From a virus (taxonomy: Duplodnaviria; Caudoviricetes): DNA of 64,000 nucleotides. A program made the translations under genes and the position numbers. Within the stretch, counting starts at the first letter, position 1. Each line of letters opens with the position of its first letter. The stretch spans positions 1 to 64,000 of the IMG/VR virus record IMGVR_UViG_2910013374_000001. One strand, written 5' to 3'. This document shows, piece by piece, positions 56,193 to 64,000 of the stretch. The notes beneath the pieces were generated by a model. It did no database searches. It was not told where the DNA came from and saw only the letters and a list, made by a program, of their open reading frames with translations.

Positions 56193-58016
56193 ATGAAGAT
56201 CTCAGGCTTTCAGGCAGTCCCGGACGGCTCGGACGAGTCCCTGTTGATGATCAGCTACACCGAAGACGGTGGCGCGACCTTCAAGACCCGGAAGATCCGG
56301 CTTGAAGACTTCATCGATGACTTTCGCGTCGAAGATCTGGCGAACGTGGGCGAGGACGTCGAGGCTTTCGATGGTGCCGTCCTGTCATGGAGCCAAGCGG
56401 ATCAGTACTGGCACGCGGTCAATCCAGCGATTGCAGCGGCCCCCGTTGCAGCGGGCTTCACCCTTGGCCTGACTCAGAAGCTTCTGGCTGAGAACCGCCA
56501 GATCGGAAAGACCGTTTTCGCTGTTCCTTACGTCTACAGCGATCGAGATGCCTTGGCGGTCGCACGCCCTGAAGGTGGAGTCGAGCGTGGCCGCTGTCAG
56601 GTCGTCAGCCTTGAAGACGGGAACACCCTCTTCGTTTACGCCAGCGGAAACGACTTCCTCACCCAGACGATCCAGGAAGGTCCGATCTTCCTGAGCAAGG
56701 GCGAGATCTATGTGATCGACGAGGTCGTCCCTGGCGCGATCATCACGATGGAAGAGGGCGGATATGGCATCTGCGAGCAGGGCAGCGGCGCCAGCGTGTC
56801 GCCCATGCCACTGCTCAGCCTTGCGCTCGGCTTCAACGATTCATTCTTTTTCGCCTTCAGGAACTCAGAAGGCCAGACCCCAGGTGGAACGGACCAAGGC
56901 TGGATCCATGTGGTGAATGGTCCGATCGCCTCGACGGTCAACCTGCAGTTCGGCAACGGCCTCCCGGTCGCGGACTACGACGGGAACTTCCAGATCGGAA
57001 TCGAGCTGGCCCCCTGGGAATATCGCCGCCTCTACACCCGAGGAAACACCGAATACCGGCTCACCAGTAGTCAGCTCTGCATGGCTGCACTGAACGCAAG
57101 CATGGGCCCGAGCCCGCGCTTCTACGACTCGCGGCTGATCATGCCGATGACGACTGACGGGATCACTTGGCCAAGGTCCGGATTCGTCTCGGCCCAGTTC
57201 CCCAGCACCCTGGTTCGCTACTGGAACAACGCTGGATTCAAGGGAGCTAACAACGATGGCAGTTTCGTCGTCAGCCCTGGCGCCCCGATCGACTCCGACA
57301 GCCAAGACGGCACAGCTGCCGCTCAGTCCGATTACGAGGCAGAAGGCGCCACCCGTTACAAGGCGGCAGGCGTGATCTCGGCCTACTCAGGCGCCGACTC
57401 AGCCGGTCTGGAAGCCACTCCTCTGCTGGCCACGAAGAACATGACCCAGCGGGTGGCCATCCCTTGTTTCGTCGCTGCTTCGGGTGATGGCGGCAACAAC
57501 GGGATTGCAGTCGCCTCTCCATTCGCTGGAAGTTTCCGCCTGTACGAATGGAACCCAGCCACCGGTCAGGCCGAAGTTGTCACGGTGGCCAACTCAAACA
57601 ACGCCTTCATCCAAGACATTCCCCTCGCGAGGCGAACGGGCTCGACACCAGCCGCGAACGCGGAGGAGCAGAACGTCCCCGCCTCAGCCATGGTCAGCCG
57701 GATCAGAGAAGGCGACAACTGCATCTGGACAGGAACTCAGGCGAGCGCTGGATTCAATGGCGGATATGTGGAAGCGACCGTCCCGATCACGGTGGTGGTG
57801 AACTCCGAGCAGAACAGCGCCAACAGCAGCACTCCTGATCGGTTCTATCGGGGAACAGGAGGACAACAGCTTCCCGGAATCCCCATCAATGACGACGAGA
57901 CCCTGATGGTCGGGATCACGCCTTTTGACATCAAGGCAGAGATCAGACGCGGAGATGACGGTCGCTTTTTTCGCCGAAAGATCAATCAATGGAACACGAC
58001 TTGGGAGATCGTCTGA
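56193..58016 (+). CDS. virion-associated/receptor-binding candidate sharing its N-terminal module with 54096
   Basis: KISGF...SLLMISYTEDGGATFKTRKIRLED resembles KVSQF...SLLLLAYTADNGATYSTRKIRVQD. Confidence 0.65.
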   Translation: MKISGFQAVPDGSDESLLMISYTEDGGATFKTRKIRLEDFIDDFRVEDLANVGEDVEAFDGAVLSWSQADQYWHAVNPAIAAAPVAAGFTLGLTQKLLAENRQIGKTVFAVPYVYSDRDALAVARPEGGVERGRCQVVSLEDGNTLFVYASGNDFLTQTIQEGPIFLSKGEIYVIDEVVPGAIITMEEGGYGICEQGSGASVSPMPLLSLALGFNDSFFFAFRNSEGQTPGGTDQGWIHVVNGPIASTVNLQFGNGLPVADYDGNFQIGIELAPWEYRRLYTRGNTEYRLTSSQLCMAALNASMGPSPRFYDSRLIMPMTTDGITWPRSGFVSAQFPSTLVRYWNNAGFKGANNDGSFVVSPGAPIDSDSQDGTAAAQSDYEAEGATRYKAAGVISAYSGADSAGLEATPLLATKNMTQRVAIPCFVAASGDGGNNGIAVASPFAGSFRLYEWNPATGQAEVVTVANSNNAFIQDIPLARRTGSTPAANAEEQNVPASAMVSRIREGDNCIWTGTQASAGFNGGYVEATVPITVVVNSEQNSANSSTPDRFYRGTGGQQLPGIPINDDETLMVGITPFDIKAEIRRGDDGRFFRRKINQWNTTWEIV

Positions 58017-58684
58017 TGGTTTCCCTTGACTTTGAATCGGCCCTGGCGGCCGCTTGCAGTGACGCGTCCTACGAGTACAAGCCGGTGGCTGGTTGCCGGC
58101 TGATTTGGGAGCACCACCAGGGCAGCGATTCCGTTGGGATCTATGCCTACCAAGACCAGCCAGATTGGCTTGTGTTGACCTTTCGAGGTTCAGAAGAGCT
58201 TCGTGACTGGAGCCGGAACTTCAGGGCATTCCCACGCCATCAGGGTGAGATTCACGGGGGATATGCCCGCTGTTGGGCGGGTCTGAGCCATGCGGTCGAG
58301 GAGAAGCTTGCTGGCCTTTCTTTCACTCATCTGACGATTACTGGCCACTCCATGGGCGGTGCAGTGGCGACCCTTGCGGCTTGGCAGCTGCCATGGGCTT
58401 GCCACTTGATCACTTTCGGCAGCCCTCGAGTGGTGAACCATTCGCTTGCGGAACGGATCCAAGAGAAGGTTCCAGTCGTGAGGCGCTTCGTTCATGGCGG
58501 CGATGTTGTCCCCCTCTATCCCGTTCTCCTTCATCGCCACGTCGGAGAGGTCCGGCGGATTGGTGCGGAGCGAACTTTGGTGCGGATGTTGCTCAAAGGT
58601 TTTGCTGATCACCACCCGAAGCGATATGCGGAACTGCTGGCCACTTCTTTGAAAACAACCGGTTGGGGTTCGAATCCCGACTGA
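58016..58684 (+). CDS. lipase class 3 (alpha/beta hydrolase)
   Basis: FRGS, IHGGY, GHSMGG nucleophile elbow, TFGSPRV, DVVP, DH. Confidence 0.88.
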   Translation: MVSLDFESALAAACSDASYEYKPVAGCRLIWEHHQGSDSVGIYAYQDQPDWLVLTFRGSEELRDWSRNFRAFPRHQGEIHGGYARCWAGLSHAVEEKLAGLSFTHLTITGHSMGGAVATLAAWQLPWACHLITFGSPRVVNHSLAERIQEKVPVVRRFVHGGDVVPLYPVLLHRHVGEVRRIGAERTLVRMLLKGFADHHPKRYAELLATSLKTTGWGSNPD

Positions 58685-58786
58685 AAGCTCTAGAGGAGTT
58701 CTTACCAGAACCAAGCCCGGAATCCTCAGACAGAAGGGGCAGGTCTCGCCACGCCCCGACCCGTCACTTCAAGGAGTTCCCTTCCT

Positions 58787-59416
58787 ATGGCTTCCTGTTC
58801 TCAGTATTCAGCCGCATTCGGCTATCAAGTATTCATCACTCCTGTCAGCGCTTGCGGCGTTGACCTGAACTCAGTCAACGGCGGCGTCGGCGCTGGTGGC
58901 TTCATCGATCCCACAGCTCTTGCTCCTGCAACCGAAAAGATTGTCGAAGGCGCTAGCGCTGCTGAGATTCTCTTGGGCGATCCTGGTGCGAACATCGTTT
59001 ATGACAACGACACTGTAACGACCGAGACAGTGTTCAAGCTCCTGGGCCTGACCAACGCAGCTCTCGAGACTGACACCTCTTCCGAGACCGTCACCACCTA
59101 CGACACCGAGTCAAAGGGTTTCGACCAGAACGTCGCTACCTCCAAGAGCTGGAGCCTCAGCTTGGAAGGTGTGAGCCAGTTCGGCGACTCCGCCTACAAG
59201 GCGCTCCGTCTTCTTGAGCTCAACTCTGTTGCTGGTTCACTCAAGTGCAAGATCGGCCGCATCGGTCCTTCCGGAACTGTTGAGTCCGTTTACGGCTACG
59301 TGACCCTGACCAACTTCTCTGAATCAGTAGAAGCAGGTTCAATCGTTTCCTGGAGCGTGACAGCTACTGGCTACGGTCCGATCTCTATCGATCTGGACAA
59401 CAGCGCCAGCGTTTAG
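58787..59416 (+). CDS. major tail tube protein
   Basis: LTNAALET...TTYD...GF...VATSKSWSLSLEG...FSES..AGSIVSWSVT.TGYG; upstream of the tape measure gene. Confidence 0.78.
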   Translation: MASCSQYSAAFGYQVFITPVSACGVDLNSVNGGVGAGGFIDPTALAPATEKIVEGASAAEILLGDPGANIVYDNDTVTTETVFKLLGLTNAALETDTSSETVTTYDTESKGFDQNVATSKSWSLSLEGVSQFGDSAYKALRLLELNSVAGSLKCKIGRIGPSGTVESVYGYVTLTNFSESVEAGSIVSWSVTATGYGPISIDLDNSASV

Positions 59417-59983
59417 CTGACTGGAGGAGTCGCCTCCGCTTCAGTAACTGATGCCGGCATCGCTATCGCTGACGACATCTACTCGGCCCAGGCCCTGTCA
59501 ACTACAGGGTCCGGCGCTGATGCCACCGCAGACATCGAAGTCTCAGGTGGCACCGTTACCGGCTTCACCATCGTGAACGCCGGCACCGGTTACAAGGTTG
59601 CAGACCAACTGTCCGCAACCCTTCCAGGAGAGGACACCATCACTCCTGGAACTGGCGAGGTTCTCACCACCAGCTTCACCGCTGGCGATGGCCTGGACGC
59701 AGCAGACGAGACCCTTGTTGGTGTCGCCTCTTCTTCCACTACATCGATCTCTGGTGCTGGAGCCAGCTTCGACATCACCATCACCGGTGGTGCAGTTACC
59801 GACGTCCAGCTCAATGCTGCTGGCGCCGACTACGAAGCAGCCGACGAAATCACAATCTTTGCTTCCGATCTTGGAGCAACTACAGGCACCGATCTGGTCA
59901 TCACTGTCGCCACCGTCGACGAAGACACCATTTCAGCAGGTCCAGACGTCACCATCACGGCAGCCGTCTCAACCATCGCCTGA
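59417..59983 (+). CDS. in-frame C-terminal extension of the tail tube (probable stop-codon readthrough), two beta-rich repeats
   Basis: the frame stays open directly after TAG for 188 codons; first ATG/GTG/TTG only at 59573, in the middle of a repeat. Confidence 0.72.
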   Translation: MTGGVASASVTDAGIAIADDIYSAQALSTTGSGADATADIEVSGGTVTGFTIVNAGTGYKVADQLSATLPGEDTITPGTGEVLTTSFTAGDGLDAADETLVGVASSSTTSISGAGASFDITITGGAVTDVQLNAAGADYEAADEITIFASDLGATTGTDLVITVATVDEDTISAGPDVTITAAVSTIA

Positions 59984-60074
59984 TCATCGACCTGAAGTCC
60001 CCCACCTACCAATCCGCGACTCATCGGCAAGGACAAGGACCACGGAATACCAGGGGCCAGTTGGCCCCTTTTTT

Positions 60075-60248
60075 ATGCACGTTCCCCAGCTGGTTTATGA
60101 CCAACGGCTTGCGATCTGTAGGGGTTGCATCAGATGGCTACCAAGTGATCGCTGTAGTGCTTGTGGCTGCTTCATGTCAGTCAAGGCCAGGGCTGCACAC
60201 ATCAAGTGCCCGTTGGGGTTTTGGGAGACCTGGGCGCCGGAAGCCTGA
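60075..60248 (+). CDS. small Cys-rich protein (DUF6171-like)
   Basis: RLAICRGC...C..CGCFM..K......CP.G.W. Confidence 0.7.
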   Translation: MHVPQLVYDQRLAICRGCIRWLPSDRCSACGCFMSVKARAAHIKCPLGFWETWAPEA

Positions 60249-60271
60249 AAGGACGTTGAACAGGCGACCAG

Positions 60272-63200
60272 ATGTCAGGTGGACTTGGAGAAGTCAAGGT
60301 ATCGCTAGGACTTGACACGTCCAAGGCCAAAGGCCAGATGGCGGAGTTCTTCTCCGGCATTGGAAAGAACCCTGTTCAGAATCCTTTTAAGGGCCTCGAC
60401 GAAAGCCTCAAGAAAACAGGCCAGGCCGCTAAGACACTTACAGATCAATTCAAGCCCTTACAAAAGAGTGATCTCCTCAAGGGCATCACAACTTCAACCA
60501 AGCAGGCCAAGACAGATCTCGACAGCCTGGGAACCGCGGGCAAGACCCTCAAGACAACGCTCCAAGGCTTAGGGCAAGGCGGAAATGGACTCAAGACTCT
60601 TGGCACTGACGCCAAGACGGCCTACGGCTCCGTTCAGAATCTCTCTACAGGCGCGAAGACTCTCGGGGCTGCAATCACAGGCCTGAATAGGGCCAAGCCC
60701 CTGCCTGGGATGAAGGCGACGCTGGACCAGATCAATGGCACAGCAAGAACAACCACCACAACCTTCGGGACGCTCAAGACTGCGCTCAACAATGCAGGGC
60801 AAGGCGGCAAGTCGCTGACCCAGTTGCCCACAGGGCTCAACGCCGTCAAGACAGCGCTTCAGGGTGTCAAGAATTCAACGACCGGTGTCGGCACCGAATT
60901 CACGAAGTCCAAGACCGTTGGTGAGGGATTCCTCGACTCAATCAGGAACGGCTTCAAGAATCTGGCGACTGGCATTCCTCAGGGCATCGGCCTCGCACTC
61001 GGCAACGCGATCCTGCAGCCCCTGAAAAACATCGCTGGCGTTATTCCTGCAGCGGTTGAAGAGTTCAGAGCGCTTGATGAGCAGCTCCGCTTAACCCTTG
61101 AAATTTCTGGCGCAGGTGCTTCGAAGTTTGGTGAGCTGCAGCAAGCAGTTCTGGACGTTTCGAGTCAGTTCGCAGCGACGGCTGTCGAGGTCGCAAAGGT
61201 TCAGCAGTCCTTGGCTCGCGCTGGATTCTCGCTCGATGAAATCAAGCAGGCGACCACCGGGGTCATCCAAGGCGCAGAAGCAACTGGCACCAGTTACGAG
61301 CGAATGGGCGACATCGTCGTCTCAGCTCTTGGTGCATTTGGTCTTGCTGCAAGTGACTCGACTGACGTTGTTGACACCCTGACGGTCGCAGCCAACAGCT
61401 CCAACCAGTCAGTCAATGACTTGGGAGAGGCGATCAAATACGTCGGCCCGATCGCGGCATCGACAGGTCAGTCATTGCAAGACGTTTCCCTGGCCCTCGA
61501 ACTGCTAGCCAACAACGGCATCAGGGGTTCACAGGCAGGCACCAGCTTCCGCACGATTCTGACCAACCTCCAGATCGCAGCATCAGGCGCGGGCGAGGAG
61601 TTCATGGGCCTGACTCGAGGCTCCACGCGACTGGCCAAAACCCTGAAGGTGATCGGCGCTGACATGACCGACGCCAATGGCGAACTTCTAACGGGTCGCG
61701 ACTTGATCGAGGAGCTGCAGCGCTCCATGGAAGGTCTGTCGTCTGGAGAGAAGGCGCTGGTCTCCAAAGCGCTTGCCGGCGCTGAAGGGCTGCCCGCAAT
61801 GAACTCCCTGATCAACGCCAGTACAGAGCAGATCGACAAGTTGGCCGAAGGTCTTGAGAACAGGGCAGGCAAAGCAGCTGAGCAGGCGGAGAACGCACTG
61901 GCCGGTCTGTCTGGTTCGTTCAAAGTCCTCGAGTCGAATGTCTCGGCCGCCCTGGTTCAGATCGGCGCGATCATCGCGACAGCACTGAAGCCGCTGATCG
62001 ATGCGGCCACTGCAGTCCTGGCAGCTCTGAATGGGCTCCCCGGTCCGATCAAGAACCTCCTCACCACCCTCGCTCTGCTCGGTACTGCCATCGGCGCGAC
62101 TGTGGTGGCGCTCAATCTCCTCAAAGGCACCAAGGTCTCGGGCTTCTTCCTGGAAGCGGCTGCCGGTGTCAAGAAATGGGCCGCATCGATTGCCACAGCA
62201 AACATCGGAGGGACTCTCACGACCTGGGTGAGCTCGCTCGCTGTTTTTGGGAAGAAGGTCAAGGCCACACTCATCTTGGGCCTCACCAATGCGACCAAGA
62301 GCCTGAACGACTTCAGGAAAACGCTCTCGAGCATCAAGGTCGGGAACATCCTGAACAACCTCACCGAGGGCTTCTCGAACTTCTTCAAGGTCGCCACTAA
62401 GAAGGGCATCCCTGCGGCGATGAACGGCCTCAAGGTCGGAGCAAACGGAGCTTTGGGTGCGCTTAAGGGTCTCTTGCCTGCGATCGGAGGCTTTGTAACC
62501 GCTGCGGCTCCGTTTATCGCAATCGGTGCAGGCATTGTTGCCACATGGGTCGCCATTCAACGCCGTTGGGAAGCAGCCAAGGCCGTTGCAGATCCGCTGG
62601 CGGATTCACAGTCATCGCTTGACGATGCACTTCGCAAGGCGGGAGAAGGCGGAGAAGTCGCCGCCGAGGGCTACACCGGATGGGGCAAAGCCATCGAGGA
62701 CGCACTTGGTCCGCTCGATCGCTTACTAAGTATTGCCAGCCCCCTATACAACGGCATCAAGCTCGTCGCCGAGGTTCTCGGCAAGGTCGACAACTGGAGC
62801 CGCAACAACGCCGCTGTCCAGCAGGTCAACGACGAGTATGCGAAGTTCCAGAAGTCGATGGATGCGACCAATCGGAAGATCAGCGAGAACCGCGATGCGA
62901 TGTCACGACTCAACCCGGAGTCGGAAGAGTTCGGGCGGCTGGCAACTGAGAACGCTGAACTGATCAAGGCTGAGAAGAATGCCGTTCAGGACCGCATCAA
63001 AGCGATCGACAGCACGATCGCAAAACTCAAAGAGAACGAAGGAGCGAACCGCAGAACGATCGATGCCCTCGAGGAGATGAAGGGCAAGTACCAGGATCAG
63101 CTCCCCGTCATCGAGGCGAACGAAGCCTTGCTGCGTGAAGAAAGACAGACCTATGAGGAGCTCAGCGGATCTGTTCAGAACTACACGCTGAGGCTTGATG

Positions 63201-64000
63201 AAGCCACCGAAGCAAGAGAGAAATCATTCTCAAAAGCAGATACTCAGGTCATCTACGACGAACTGGAGGCTTACAACGCGCTTAAGGAAGGCCTGATCAA
63301 CGAAGCCGAGGAGCGTGCAATCAATGCCAAGGCGGCTCTCAATGCAAGTGACGCCAAGATCAAGGCCGTCAACAACGAGATGACGGAGATTCAGGCGGCT
63401 TACGACGAAGGCGCGATCTCCCTCGATCAGTACGAAAAGCGGATGGATGCGGCCTATAAGGCCATGGAAGGCCTGACGGAAGGCCGGATCGAGACTGAAA
63501 GGGCAGCAACGGAAGCAATCAGGGCAGCGGTCGAATCGCGCATCGCTGAGTACGAGAGAGAAGCTCAGGGTGTGGCTTCAGCGATCCAGAAGATCAACAC
63601 CGCCATCGGCGAGATTCAGCAGGTTCGTGGGACTGGTATCTCAGCGTTCAAGACCCTGGCTCAGGAGGTCACAAACGCAGAGATTGCTGGGATCGATAGG
63701 GCGAAGACAGCTCGAGATCAAGCCATCGATAACAACCTGCAGAACCGGCTCAGGGCAATCGAGAAAGCTGGCTACGGAGAGAAGACAGCAGCAAGGAAGA
63801 AGAGGCAAGCGGAAGCCAATGCCGAGTCCGCACGCATGGACGCCGAGCGCAGCTACGTCAACGAGCGCAGGAACATCATGCAGAAACAGATCGACTTCGA
63901 GAAGAAAGCACTCGAAGCTCAGATCGCTCTCAAGAAGGTCGAGCTCGAACTTTGGTATGAGCAGGCAAGGGTCTCGTCAGAATTGGCCATTGCGCAGAAC
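60272..64000 (+). CDS. tail tape measure protein (TP901-type core; incomplete at the window end, so absent from the ORF track)
   Basis: ATG at 60272, 34 nt after a late motif; ANSSNQSVNDLGEAIKYVGPIA...LANNGIRGSQAGTS.R core; Ala/Gly-rich helical sequence. Confidence 0.9.
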   Translation, partial: MSGGLGEVKVSLGLDTSKAKGQMAEFFSGIGKNPVQNPFKGLDESLKKTGQAAKTLTDQFKPLQKSDLLKGITTSTKQAKTDLDSLGTAGKTLKTTLQGLGQGGNGLKTLGTDAKTAYGSVQNLSTGAKTLGAAITGLNRAKPLPGMKATLDQINGTARTTTTTFGTLKTALNNAGQGGKSLTQLPTGLNAVKTALQGVKNSTTGVGTEFTKSKTVGEGFLDSIRNGFKNLATGIPQGIGLALGNAILQPLKNIAGVIPAAVEEFRALDEQLRLTLEISGAGASKFGELQQAVLDVSSQFAATAVEVAKVQQSLARAGFSLDEIKQATTGVIQGAEATGTSYERMGDIVVSALGAFGLAASDSTDVVDTLTVAANSSNQSVNDLGEAIKYVGPIAASTGQSLQDVSLALELLANNGIRGSQAGTSFRTILTNLQIAASGAGEEFMGLTRGSTRLAKTLKVIGADMTDANGELLTGRDLIEELQRSMEGLSSGEKALVSKALAGAEGLPAMNSLINASTEQIDKLAEGLENRAGKAAEQAENALAGLSGSFKVLESNVSAALVQIGAIIATALKPLIDAATAVLAALNGLPGPIKNLLTTLALLGTAIGATVVALNLLKGTKVSGFFLEAAAGVKKWAASIATANIGGTLTTWVSSLAVFGKKVKATLILGLTNATKSLNDFRKTLSSIKVGNILNNLTEGFSNFFKVATKKGIPAAMNGLKVGANGALGALKGLLPAIGGFVTAAAPFIAIGAGIVATWVAIQRRWEAAKAVADPLADSQSSLDDALRKAGEGGEVAAEGYTGWGKAIEDALGPLDRLLSIASPLYNGIKLVAEVLGKVDNWSRNNAAVQQVNDEYAKFQKSMDATNRKISENRDAMSRLNPESEEFGRLATENAELIKAEKNAVQDRIKAIDSTIAKLKENEGANRRTIDALEEMKGKYQDQLPVIEANEALLREERQTYEELSGSVQNYTLRLDEATEAREKSFSKADTQVIYDELEAYNALKEGLINEAEERAINAKAALNASDAKIKAVNNEMTEIQAAYDEGAISLDQYEKRMDAAYKAMEGLTEGRIETERAATEAIRAAVESRIAEYEREAQGVASAIQKINTAIGEIQQVRGTGISAFKTLAQEVTNAEIAGIDRAKTARDQAIDNNLQNRLRAIEKAGYGEKTAARKKRQAEANAESARMDAERSYVNERRNIMQKQIDFEKKALEAQIALKKVELELWYEQARVSSELAIAQN

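Noticed and set aside
58655-58690. tRNA or tRNA-derived attP (GGTTCGAATCCC)
   Set aside because: The T-stem is imperfect, no matching acceptor or D arm could be built, and it lies within the lipase CDS.
60312-62967. Short ORFs listed in the track for the right end
   Set aside because: All overlap the tape measure frame starting at 60272, which the track omits because its stop lies outside the window.
1-64000. Frequent CGATCG/GATC as a HIP1-like signal
   Set aside because: Cannot be separated from ATC/GAT/GAC codon bias without a Markov-model count.

Overview
About 64 kb of a GC-rich tailed dsDNA phage genome, most consistent with a large siphovirus of picocyanobacteria (Synechococcus/Cyanobium-like host). 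The host inference rests on CP12-, CpcS/V-, DUF4278- and DUF3288-like genes and a cyanobacterial-type class II RNR. From left to right the window holds: recombination and a putative switch (Bet, divergent HTH pair); replication (initiator with internal iterons, DnaB, DnaG, SSB, RusA, RecE-like exonuclease); nucleotide metabolism (Dcd, ThyX, thioredoxin, Trx-fused NrdJ); two sigma factors; terminase, portal and a 1750-aa MuF multi-effector protein; two islands of small early-type genes; head-tail and tail genes; and a tape measure gene running off the right end. No major capsid, integrase, tRNA or CRISPR array was recognised. The most notable observations are: (1) a MuF protein carrying Zeta-like kinase, HExxH peptidase and ADP-ribosyltransferase domains in one chain; (2) a second, stand-alone copy of the Rep iteron/origin architecture about 39 kb from rep; (3) probable UAG readthrough extending the tail tube protein; (4) a glutamine-II riboswitch with an NtcA-like box controlling a DUF4278 gene; (5) a Cys-rich CP12 hybrid clustered with thioredoxin and Trx-NrdJ; (6) several families of dispersed cis motifs that outline an early/middle/late promoter cascade; (7) a 28-61 bp element repeated in intergenic DNA and inverted inside the MuF gene. 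All family calls come from reading motifs by eye; no database search was run.
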